Virus record (IMG/VR): IMGVR_UViG_3300044849_000020 | Coordinates: 1 to 40,338 of that record | Origin: a virus | Taxonomy: Duplodnaviria > Caudoviricetes | DNA: 40,338 nucleotides | Reading direction: 5' to 3' (one strand) | Shown here: piece by piece, positions 9,783 to 18,240 of the stretch | Layout of the letters: each line of letters starts with the position of its first letter | Numbering within the stretch: the stretch's first letter is position 1 | Position numbers and translations under genes: made by a program | Notes under the pieces: generated by a model | What the model was told of the DNA's origin: nothing | What the model saw: the letters and a program-made list of their open reading frames with translations, nothing else | Database searches by the model: none

Positions 9783-10274
9783 ATGGCTGCATCCACCATC
9801 ACCGTAACCGCCAATCTGGCCCCGTCTGTCAGCCCCCGCGCTGACAACCGTGGCGGGTTGACCGCAGTTTCCTTCCACAAACAGATGGGCGCGACGAAGT
9901 TCGGCACCATTGGCGATGTGATGCTGCTCGCCAAACTGCCGAATCACGCGCGCATCATCGACTTCAACGCCTCAGTGGGTATCCTGAATGCCGCCGCAAC
10001 GGTGGAGGCCATCCTGTACCGGGTGGAATCCATTGGCGCGTCGGGCACGCTGGGCACGCTTGCCGCACTGTCGCAGGTCATGGGTTCGTTCACCATTGCT
10101 GCCGGCGTTACCAAGTTGGCTGGCGCGCAGGTTCACCCGGTCGTCAGCCTGTCGGACGACGCCGCGGTGCAGTTCGCCGTGTTGGCCTTCAAGGTCGCCG
10201 CGACGGCCACCGAGTCGGTCTCTTTCAGCATCAATGGCAACTGCGTGTACGAGACCACCGGGGCTGCCATCTAA
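9783..10274 (+). CDS. putative capsid decoration/cement protein
   Basis: Follows MCP, before the terminator; GDV..L.KLP..ARI.D motif; beta-rich. Confidence 0.65.
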   Translation: MAASTITVTANLAPSVSPRADNRGGLTAVSFHKQMGATKFGTIGDVMLLAKLPNHARIIDFNASVGILNAAATVEAILYRVESIGASGTLGTLAALSQVMGSFTIAAGVTKLAGAQVHPVVSLSDDAAVQFAVLAFKVAATATESVSFSINGNCVYETTGAAI

Positions 10275-10295
10275 GCCCCCCGGCACCCCCCTCTC

Positions 10296-10320
10296 AGGCC
10301 CTTCGGGGCCTTTTTCTTTT
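10296..10320 (+). terminator. rho-independent terminator
   Basis: AGGCCC-TTCG-GGGCCT followed by TTTTCTTTT. Confidence 0.9.
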
Positions 10321-10386
10321 GGCTCTTGTTGCCCCCGCACCGGGCGCATACCCTCCGCATTGCCAAGTGAAAAAAGGAGAAAGGCA

Positions 10387-11739
10387 ATGCTCGACCCGGT
10401 TCAAAAACTGTTCAACGATAGCTTCGAGGCGCACAAGGCTGGGAAGCTGGCGGAGGCCATGAAGGGCTACGACGCCCTGCTGAGCCGCAATCCTTACGAC
10501 TCGACGCTGCTGTATCTGGCAGGCAACGTCTTCCTGCAGCAAGGGCTCAATGGCCGTGCCATCACCTTGCTGGAAGCCGCGGTGCGTAGCGACGAGGCCA
10601 ACAGCAACGCGTGGAATGACCTCGGCTGCGCACTGAAGGCTGAGCACTTCGAAGACGGCGCAAAGCTGGCGTGGGAGAAGTGCGTGGTGACCGGGGGGAA
10701 GACCCACGGCGTGCTGAACAACCTCGCCACCCTGTACGCCGACAGCGGCTACCCGGAGAAAGCCATGCCGTTCATCGAAGAGGCGCTGGCCCTTGATCCC
10801 GAGAACCCGCACGTCAACTGGAACAAGGCGCTGGCGCTCCTGACCATGGGCCAGTGGGCCGAGGGCTGGAAGGCCCATGAATATCGCTACCGGGTCCACA
10901 ACAAGAACGTCGGCCCGCGTGAGTACGCCCCCCTGTGGAATGGCGAGACGGATGGCCTGCTTATCGTCCACGGCGAGCAGGGGCTGGGCGACGAAATCAT
11001 GTTCAGCACCTGCATCCCCGACGTGATGGCCCAGCATCCGAACGTCATCATCGAGTGCGAGCGCAAGCTGGTCAGCCTGTTCTCACGCAGCTTCGGCGTG
11101 CCCTGCTTTGCCACCCCGGAGGATGTGGCGAAGGCCGGATACAAGCCCACCTACCAGATCGGCATGGGCTCGCTGCCTATCCGTTTCCGCAACCGGGACG
11201 AAGACTTCCCGCAGCGCGCCGTGCTCAAGGCGGACCCTGCGCTGGTCGAAGAAGCCCGCGTGTTGCTGGGCAACCTCCCCGGACCGTACATCCTGTTCTC
11301 GTGGATGGGTGGCACCAAGCAAACGCGCGTGCAGCATCGCAGCCTCTCGGCCGCCGCGATGACGGAGCTGGGCAAGGGGATCGGCACCGCCATTTCGGCG
11401 CAATACGGCCAGTACAGCGACATGGAGGCTGACGCCGCGGGGCTCATTCGCCTTGGAACATGGACGGACGGAACTGACTTCGAGCGGCTGGCCGCCATGA
11501 TCGAAGCCGCCGACGAAGTGGTATCTGTCTGCACCACGCTCATTCACCTCACCGGTGCAATGGGCAAACCGGCCCACGTTCTCACCCCACTGCGTGCATC
11601 GTGGCGCTACGGCCAGAAGAGCGGCCCCGGCGCGATGGCGTGGTATCCGCAACACACGCTGCATCGCCAGCTGAGTGAAGGCGACTGGACCCCCGTGATG
11701 GCCGAAACCCGTAAATTCCTTGAGGAGAAATACCTGTGA
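10387..11739 (+). CDS. TPR-repeat GT-B fold glycosyltransferase (GT9-like C-terminal domain)
   Basis: RBS AGGAG, ATG 10387 (the ORF-track start at 9988 is over-extended); TPRs, then W.G, EQGLGDEIMF, GSLP, DF..LAA.I...D.V.SV.T...HL.GA.G, WRYG and WYP motifs. Confidence 0.85.
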   Translation: MLDPVQKLFNDSFEAHKAGKLAEAMKGYDALLSRNPYDSTLLYLAGNVFLQQGLNGRAITLLEAAVRSDEANSNAWNDLGCALKAEHFEDGAKLAWEKCVVTGGKTHGVLNNLATLYADSGYPEKAMPFIEEALALDPENPHVNWNKALALLTMGQWAEGWKAHEYRYRVHNKNVGPREYAPLWNGETDGLLIVHGEQGLGDEIMFSTCIPDVMAQHPNVIIECERKLVSLFSRSFGVPCFATPEDVAKAGYKPTYQIGMGSLPIRFRNRDEDFPQRAVLKADPALVEEARVLLGNLPGPYILFSWMGGTKQTRVQHRSLSAAAMTELGKGIGTAISAQYGQYSDMEADAAGLIRLGTWTDGTDFERLAAMIEAADEVVSVCTTLIHLTGAMGKPAHVLTPLRASWRYGQKSGPGAMAWYPQHTLHRQLSEGDWTPVMAETRKFLEEKYL

Positions 11740-12287
11740 GCCTTGCCACCTGCACTGCTGAGTATCCGCCGGCCATCAGCCCCGGCTACGTCGAACTGAA
11801 CCGCAAGCTGCACGAAGCGAACCCGAACTACGGATCGAACGGCCATCGCAGCGCGCCGATGATCCTCCAGCACGCCATGCTGTGTGGCGCGACGACCGCG
11901 CTCGACTACGGGTGTGGAAAGGGCACACTCGCCCCGGTTTTGCGCGCAAATGGCCTTGAAACTGACGAGTACGACCCCGCGGTGCCCGGCAAAGACAACG
12001 TGCCCCGCCCTGCTGACATCGTGTATTGCGGCGATGTGGCCGAGCATGTGGAACCCGAATACCTGACGGCGTTCCTCGACGACCTCAAGCGGGTGACCAA
12101 GAAGCGGCTCGTCATCGTGGTAGCTACCCGCCCGGCCATGAAGTCCTTGGAGGATGGCCGCAACGCGCACCTCATTGTCGAGCCGCTGGAATGGTGGCTG
12201 CCCAAGCTGCGCGACCGTTTCGACCTCGTTTTCCTGCAGTCCAGCGCCGGGGAATTCACGTTCATCGGAGACGCCCATCATGATTAA
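11736..12287 (+). CDS. class I SAM-dependent methyltransferase
   Basis: LDYGCGKG motif I, YDP, D.V.C.DV.EHV; GTGA overlap with the upstream gene. Confidence 0.88.
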   Translation: MSLATCTAEYPPAISPGYVELNRKLHEANPNYGSNGHRSAPMILQHAMLCGATTALDYGCGKGTLAPVLRANGLETDEYDPAVPGKDNVPRPADIVYCGDVAEHVEPEYLTAFLDDLKRVTKKRLVIVVATRPAMKSLEDGRNAHLIVEPLEWWLPKLRDRFDLVFLQSSAGEFTFIGDAHHD

Positions 12288-12987
12288 TCTGACCGTTGGA
12301 TTCGACCCGCGCGAGAGCATTGCCTATCACGTCTTCTGCCAGTCGCTTATCTCCCGCAGCAGCCAGCCCGTGGCGATCACGCCGCTGGCGCTGAACAACC
12401 TGAAGGGCTACCACGAGGCGCACAAGGACGGCTCGAACGCCTTCATCTACTCGCGCTTCCTGACCCCCTACCTGATGAACTATCAGGGGTGGTGCATTTG
12501 GGCGGACGGCGACATGGTTGTGCTGGATGACATTGCGAAACTGTGGGCCATGCGCGATGACCGCTACGCCGTCATGGTGGTGAAGCACGACTACAAGACC
12601 AAGGCGCCCATCAAGTATCTCGGCAACAAGAACGAAGACTACCCGCGCAAGAACTGGAGCAGCTTGATCTTGTGGAACTGCGGGCACCCGGCCAACCGCG
12701 CGCTGACCCCCTCTTTTGTCGAGACTGCCACGGGCGCGGAACTGCACCGGTTCAACTGGCTGAAGGACGATGACATCGGGGAAATCACCTCCCTGTGGAA
12801 CTGGCTGGCGGAGGAATATCCGCCGAACAATCTCGCCGGCCTTGTCCACTACACGCTGGGCACGCCCTGCTTCCCGGAATACGCAAATTGCGCGATGTCG
12901 GGTTTCTGGTGGCGCGAGTACCAGCATGCCACCGAGCCAGTGACTCAGGCCCGCCCGGCTTCCGGGCGCCCGGCGGTTCTCAGGTAG
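12280..12987 (+). CDS. GT-A fold glycosyltransferase (GT8-like)
   Basis: G.D.RE..AY.V, F..SRFL.PYL, DGD (DxD) motif, RKNWSS, WN.L, HYT.G.P; ATG at 12280. Confidence 0.85.
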   Translation: MINLTVGFDPRESIAYHVFCQSLISRSSQPVAITPLALNNLKGYHEAHKDGSNAFIYSRFLTPYLMNYQGWCIWADGDMVVLDDIAKLWAMRDDRYAVMVVKHDYKTKAPIKYLGNKNEDYPRKNWSSLILWNCGHPANRALTPSFVETATGAELHRFNWLKDDDIGEITSLWNWLAEEYPPNNLAGLVHYTLGTPCFPEYANCAMSGFWWREYQHATEPVTQARPASGRPAVLR

Positions 12988-13015
12988 CCTAATTTTCGTG
13001 AAAGGACTATAAGCC

Positions 13016-13210
13016 ATGCGTAGACGCCAAATGATCCAAGCCGCCAAGGCGGCCCGGCCGGACCCGCAGCGCCCTGTGGACTTTCGGGAGCCCGAGCCGG
13101 TGGTCAAATTCCCCTATCAGTGCCCCGAATGTGCGAAATCCTGTCAGACCTTGGCAGGGCTGAAGAGTCACATGAGGAACGCGAAACATGACCCGGGGAG
13201 ACCTGATTAG
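13016..13210 (+). CDS. small C2H2 zinc-finger protein
   Basis: YQCPECAKSCQTLAGLKSHMRNAKH; RBS AAAGGA. Confidence 0.75.
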   Translation: MRRRQMIQAAKAARPDPQRPVDFREPEPVVKFPYQCPECAKSCQTLAGLKSHMRNAKHDPGRPD

Positions 13211-13802
13211 CCGCATCATCGGAGAGCTTCATCTCGAAACGGCGTCGTACACCGTGCAGGTGATCGACGCCATCAACAGCGCGGTGGCGTTCTATCGCCC
13301 CCAGCGATTCTGGTTCACCGAGGGCACGACCGACCTCCCGCTTGGCACCCAAGGCAGTGTTGTTCTCTCAAGCGAATTTCCCGACAGCATCACCTTTGAC
13401 AACGTGCGCATCGCCGATGACTCTGGCACGTTCGTTCCGATCACCCAGCAGAACTGGGCCGATTTCCAGCTTCACGAATCCATGACGGCCTTGCCGACCC
13501 ATTGGGCGCTGCACCACGGCCTCCTGCACGTATGGCCCTACAACAACAGCACTCGGACGCTGCAGGTTGACTGGCACGGGCTGATGACCATGACGGCCTG
13601 CGATTCATCGTCGTGTGTGTGGACCAACGAGGCGGAAGAGCTTATTCGCCTGCATGCGAAAGTGGACCTGTGCGAAAACTTCCTGCAGGACTTGCCGGCC
13701 GCTGACCGTCACCGTGGGCGTGAGGGGACCGTGCTGAACCAGTTGGTTACCGAGACAATCAACCGTCTCGGCCTCGGAGACAACATGCGGAGCTATCTAT
13801 GA
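13188..13802 (+). CDS. head-tail adaptor (tail tubular protein A-like)
   Basis: T..DL..RI..EL, I..AIN.A, F.F and L..WP motifs; size and position. Confidence 0.75.
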   Translation: MTRGDLISRIIGELHLETASYTVQVIDAINSAVAFYRPQRFWFTEGTTDLPLGTQGSVVLSSEFPDSITFDNVRIADDSGTFVPITQQNWADFQLHESMTALPTHWALHHGLLHVWPYNNSTRTLQVDWHGLMTMTACDSSSCVWTNEAEELIRLHAKVDLCENFLQDLPAADRHRGREGTVLNQLVTETINRLGLGDNMRSYL

Positions 13803-15319
13803 CCATCGAAGCCGCCACCTACATCCATCAGCTGAACGCCCTCTACCCCGAAGGCGCCGCCGACCGGGCGACGGCCGATGACCACTTGCGCCTTATCAAG
13901 TCGGCGGTGCTGGCCACTTTTCCCGGGATCGCGGGGGCCATGACTGCCACGCATGCCGAACTGAACCTGAACGTCGGCAACACCAAGACCATCGGCGCGA
14001 AGCTGGTGCAGTTCTCCCTGTCGATCAGCGCGGTCAAGAGCAGCATCAGCGCCGTCAACACCCGCCAGAACACGATGTCCCAAACGGTCTCGCTTTTGCA
14101 GGCTCAAGAGGCAGCCATGAGCCTGTCGATCCTCGACCTGTGGGCCGCGGTGGGAGGCAGTTCGAGCAGCCTCGCACTTCTCACGGCGGACCTCGCGCGC
14201 ATCAGCGTCACGGTGGTGAACCTGTGGGTCGCGCATAACGCCACCAGCAACAGCGTCTCAATCCTGTCTGCAGCGGTGACCGCGCTCGACGTGCGGGTAG
14301 GCAATACCTCCGTTACGGTCTCGATCCTGAAAGCCAGCGTCTCCGCGCTCAACACGCAGATGACCGCGGCGAACGCCCGGCTGGTCTCCATCAGCGCGCT
14401 TAACACCGGCTACACCGCGAGCCTTCTCGCCCACAGTAACACCATCAGCGTGATGGCCGTAGAAATCGGCGCGCAGTCACTGTCGATCAGCGCCATCAAC
14501 GCCCGGCTGGTCTCCATCAGCGCGCTTAACACCGGCTACACCGCGAGCCTTCTCGCCCATAGCAACACCATCAGTGTGATGGCCGTAGAAATCGGCGCGC
14601 AGTCACTGTCGATCAGCGCGCTCAACACTGCGATCAACCGGCTGAGCGTCACGATTTCCAACCTGTGGGCCACAGTGGATGCGCTGCCGAACGGTGCGCT
14701 CCAGAGCGTGCAGTATTTCCGGAATTCAGCCACGGCCGTCTCGACGTGGACCAAGCCTGCCGGGCTGGTGCGCGCCCGGGTATTTTGCATCGGCCCGGGG
14801 GGCAACGGAGGCAGTCTGGTCTCCGGTGCGCAAGGCGGCGGCGGCGGGGGAGGTTCGGGCGGTTGTTCCATTTCGATGATCGAAGCCGTGTCGCTCAGCG
14901 CCGCGGTGGTGGTGACGGTGGGCGCCCCGGGCTCGGCGACAACTTTCGGCGCTTATCTCACCGGCAACGCAGGGGGTGACGCCGCCAATATCTCGGCGAC
15001 GGCAGTGCATTACTCGCAGGGCGGCGCCGGGGCCGGCGCGGGGACTGGAAGCCTGAACTTCAACGGGGGCGGAGGGGGTTTCGGGTCCGCCATTTTTGAC
15101 ACCACATCAGGGGTCGCCATTGCGGCCGCCGGTGGTGGTGGGGCGGGCAGCTATTTTGGCGGAGGCGCGCGTGGTGCGGTCTCCACAGGTGCTGCCACCG
15201 CGGGGGCGGCTGCAGCGGTCCCGGGCGCCGGGGGCGGCGGGGCCGCGGGCATCACCGCGGGTGCTGCGGCTGGCGGGGCTGGCGCGAACGGCATTGTCAT
15301 CGTTGAGGAGTATTTCTGA
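13799..15319 (+). CDS. tail fibre: N-terminal anchor, Ser-rich coiled coil, Gly-rich tip
   Basis: E.ATYI..L....P, DDHLRLIK..L..TFP anchor; TWTKPAG...GGGGGG...GIVIVEEY glycine-rich domain. Confidence 0.8.
   Translation: MTIEAATYIHQLNALYPEGAADRATADDHLRLIKSAVLATFPGIAGAMTATHAELNLNVGNTKTIGAKLVQFSLSISAVKSSISAVNTRQNTMSQTVSLLQAQEAAMSLSILDLWAAVGGSSSSLALLTADLARISVTVVNLWVAHNATSNSVSILSAAVTALDVRVGNTSVTVSILKASVSALNTQMTAANARLVSISALNTGYTASLLAHSNTISVMAVEIGAQSLSISAINARLVSISALNTGYTASLLAHSNTISVMAVEIGAQSLSISALNTAINRLSVTISNLWATVDALPNGALQSVQYFRNSATAVSTWTKPAGLVRARVFCIGPGGNGGSLVSGAQGGGGGGGSGGCSISMIEAVSLSAAVVVTVGAPGSATTFGAYLTGNAGGDAANISATAVHYSQGGAGAGAGTGSLNFNGGGGGFGSAIFDTTSGVAIAAAGGGGAGSYFGGGARGAVSTGAATAGAAAAVPGAGGGGAAGITAGAAAGGAGANGIVIVEEYF
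14372..14623 (+). repeat. 126-bp (42-aa) tandem duplication within the tail fibre
   Basis: 14372-14497 and 14498-14623 are near identical. Confidence 0.95.
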
Positions 15320-15594
15320 TGACCCGCGACGAGCTTCTGTCCAAGCTGGCGGTGACGCGCGCCCGCAAGATCGTGCTGACGTGGGCGCAATTCACGTCGG
15401 CCGTGGCCGGCGCGGATGATGCATTGAAGGCACAGATTCTCGCCGCTGCGAACATGAGCAACGGCCGCGCGCTGTTCACCATCATCAACGGTTTGACCGT
15501 CGCCAAGAAACTCGAACTCGCGCGGGCTGAAGTCGATGCGGTCGCCGCCGATGACTCACTGACCATCAACGAATTGATCGCACTGCTGGGTTGA
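15319..15594 (+). CDS. hypothetical protein (possible fibre accessory)
   Basis: TGATG coupling to the fibre gene. Confidence 0.7.
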   Translation: MTRDELLSKLAVTRARKIVLTWAQFTSAVAGADDALKAQILAAANMSNGRALFTIINGLTVAKKLELARAEVDAVAADDSLTINELIALLG

Positions 15595-15599
15595 CCACG

Positions 15600-17186
15600 A
15601 TGCCAATCGCCGCATATCAACACTCTCTCGCGTCCCCCGGCTTCGTGCCGGATTTGTCGCACGGGGAACTTCCGCCGCAAGCTTGGACGGATGGCGCCAA
15701 CATGATGTTCAGCCGTGGGGCGCCGCGCACGATCACGGGGTCCATGCCGGCGTATTCCGTCACGACGAGCATCATCCACAACACCAATATCTACAACGCA
15801 ACGAGCAACTACTGGGTCGTCGCCTCGACCTCTGCCATGTATTCGACAGATGGCAACACGGTGCTGGACATCACGCGCCTGTCGGCTTCGACGACGACGA
15901 TTCCCTACACCGGGACGGCTGACCACAACTGGACGTCGGCGGCGTTCGGCAATTACCTCGTCATGAACAACGGGGCTGACGTCCCGCAAAGCTGGCTCGT
16001 GGGCGCTCCTAACGCGCTGGACCTGACCAACTGGCCGGCAGGGTGGATCGCCCAAAGCGTGCGCACCTACCGCAACTATCTGGTCGCCATGGACATCACC
16101 ATCGGCAGCGACCGCTACCCCAGCCTCGTAGCGTGGTCCGATGCCGCGCCATTCGACCTGTTGCCGTCGTCGTGGGTCGCCGCCACCACGAACGATGCCG
16201 GGGACACCAACTTGAATGACACCCCGGGGTGGTGCATCGACGGCCTGACTCTCGGCGGCAGCTTCATCGTCTACAAGGAGGATAGCGTATGGGCCATGAC
16301 CTATGTCAGCGGCGCGACCGTGATGGCGTTCCGCAAGCTGTTCGAGGGCGTGGGCATCTTGTCGCGGCGCTGCGTGCAGGAGTTCAACGGCAAACACTTC
16401 TTCGTGGGCCGTGGCGACGTCTACGTTACGGATGGAGTGCAGCTTCAGTCCGTCGCCACCAATCGCGTGCGGAAGATGCTGTTCGATGCCATCAGTTCCG
16501 GCAGCTATCAGCGCGTCTTCACCGCCATTGACCAGACCCGCCGCGAAATCTGGATTTGCTACCCCACCACGGGAAGCTATCCGGACAAGGCGCTCATTTG
16601 GAACTACGAGACGGACACTTGGTATCCCCCGCGTACACTTGCGCCGACCGCGCACCTCTCTCCGGGCATTGCGGACACCGCGGTGGCCGTGACCACGTTT
16701 GATGCGAGCGCAGGGGTTGCGTTCGATGATGACACCGGCATCTTCGATGATCGGAACTACAATCCTTCGCAAACCGACCTTCTCGCCGCCCGCCCGAGCA
16801 GCACCACGCTCGACCGCATGAACGAAGGCACGACCGAGAATTCTGCGGCCATCACTGGCTACCTTGCTCGCAAGCTGCTTCCGTTCGTTGGGCAGGATGC
16901 CTCCGGCGCCCCCGCACTGTGGTCCCCGCAGATGAAGCTGGTTCGCCGGGTGTGGGTGGATGCCACCGGCACCGGGTATATCTACGTCTATCTCGGGGTC
17001 CACAAGCACGAGTCCGACACGCCGGTGTGGTTCGGGCCTTTCCGCATCGACCTTGCGCAGCAGAACTTCGTGTGGACCCTGCTGCGGGGGTGCTTTTTCT
17101 CCATCAAGTTTGAAACCAATTCGGCCGCGGGCGACTGGGCACTGACCGGGTACAAACTCGATTGGGAGCCGGTGGGAGGCTTCTGA
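15600..17186 (+). CDS. tail nozzle / tail tubular protein B (P22 gp10-like)
   Basis: PGF.PDL....LP..AWTDG.N, V.WSD, G.C.DG, GI....C beta-propeller-like pattern; position. Confidence 0.75.
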   Translation: MPIAAYQHSLASPGFVPDLSHGELPPQAWTDGANMMFSRGAPRTITGSMPAYSVTTSIIHNTNIYNATSNYWVVASTSAMYSTDGNTVLDITRLSASTTTIPYTGTADHNWTSAAFGNYLVMNNGADVPQSWLVGAPNALDLTNWPAGWIAQSVRTYRNYLVAMDITIGSDRYPSLVAWSDAAPFDLLPSSWVAATTNDAGDTNLNDTPGWCIDGLTLGGSFIVYKEDSVWAMTYVSGATVMAFRKLFEGVGILSRRCVQEFNGKHFFVGRGDVYVTDGVQLQSVATNRVRKMLFDAISSGSYQRVFTAIDQTRREIWICYPTTGSYPDKALIWNYETDTWYPPRTLAPTAHLSPGIADTAVAVTTFDASAGVAFDDDTGIFDDRNYNPSQTDLLAARPSSTTLDRMNEGTTENSAAITGYLARKLLPFVGQDASGAPALWSPQMKLVRRVWVDATGTGYIYVYLGVHKHESDTPVWFGPFRIDLAQQNFVWTLLRGCFFSIKFETNSAAGDWALTGYKLDWEPVGGF

Positions 17187-17809
17187 TGCCGAAACCCTAC
17201 GACAGGGGCGACCCTCCTCAGAATGTGGCCGAAGTTCTCCGCTTCCTGCGTGAAGAACTTCAGCGCATTGAGGCGTTCACCCATTTCCCGCAGACCGATG
17301 GCTCGTGGGAAGACTTGCGCTTTCCCGCGCAGGAGCTGGGCATGGGCGCGACCGGCCCTGTGTGGGATACGACGAACATCGGCTACGCATTCAGCAGCGT
17401 GCTGGACAACGCCGTGCAGTGCATCGCGCAGATGCCTCACGCTTGGCGCGAAGGCAGCAGCATTCGGCCGCACATCCACTGGGAGCCGGGCACCGGATTC
17501 TCTCAAGGGGAAGTCGTTATCTGGACGCTGGCCTATCGCTGGCGCAATCCGCAGGCCGGCGATACGGACAGCACCATGACGGCGCTCACCGTGTCCACGA
17601 TGACCGTCACGCCTTCACACACGCTCGCGCTCATGGTGACGGCCTTCCCTGAACTTGACGGAACCGGCAAGGCCATTTCGTCGATTCTCGACATCCAGAT
17701 CACGCGCCTTGCCTCCGCCGATAACTTGGGCGCCACGGCCATCCTCAAGGAGTTTGACATCCACTACCTCGTTGACTCGATGGGCAGCGACCGGGAGCAC
17801 AAGAAATGA
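17186..17809 (+). CDS. putative tail-associated protein
   Basis: TGATG coupling at 17186; FL.EELQRIE helix then a beta domain (Q.PH.W.EG..I.PHIHW). Confidence 0.6.
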   Translation: MPKPYDRGDPPQNVAEVLRFLREELQRIEAFTHFPQTDGSWEDLRFPAQELGMGATGPVWDTTNIGYAFSSVLDNAVQCIAQMPHAWREGSSIRPHIHWEPGTGFSQGEVVIWTLAYRWRNPQAGDTDSTMTALTVSTMTVTPSHTLALMVTAFPELDGTGKAISSILDIQITRLASADNLGATAILKEFDIHYLVDSMGSDREHKK

Positions 17810-18240
17810 GCGTGCGCATTCGCCCTGTCATCCCTGAATTCATCGACGCCGTTTGGCCCGATGCGCTGCCCTATCTGGAAAAGGCGCTGGAGCACAGCAA
17901 CGGGTGGTGGACTTCGAGCGCAATCCTCCGCCGGGTCATGGGGCACGACATGCAAATGTACGTCGGCACGCCGGCCGACAGCACGGAAATCATCGGAGTG
18001 ATGGTTACTCAGATTCTCGTGAGCGATGAAGGCAGGAAGGCTTTGAACATCGTCGCGCTGAGCGCCGAAGCATTCGAGCCGTTTGTGGAGGCAGGGCACG
18101 AAATGTTGAACGCATGGGGCAACGCCCTCGGCGCCGACCGGCTGCTGATGACCGGGCGCCCGGGGTGGAAGGGCCTGTTGAAGAATCACGGCTGGGAAAT
18201 GCTCGGCGTGCAGATGATGAAGGAGTGCAGAAATGCCTGA
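17806..18240 (+). CDS. GNAT-like fold virion-associated protein (T7 gp13-like position)
   Basis: W....P.LEKAL and GRPGW motifs; lies before the ejection genes. Confidence 0.6.
   Translation: MSVRIRPVIPEFIDAVWPDALPYLEKALEHSNGWWTSSAILRRVMGHDMQMYVGTPADSTEIIGVMVTQILVSDEGRKALNIVALSAEAFEPFVEAGHEMLNAWGNALGADRLLMTGRPGWKGLLKNHGWEMLGVQMMKECRNA

Noticed and set aside
9988-10386. N-terminal extension of the TPR glycosyltransferase in the ORF track
   Set aside because: Overlaps the decoration gene and the terminator; the RBS supports ATG 10387
14372-14623. Fibre duplication as a DGR template/variable repeat pair
   Set aside because: Adjacent in-frame copies, differences are not adenine-specific, and no reverse transcriptase is present
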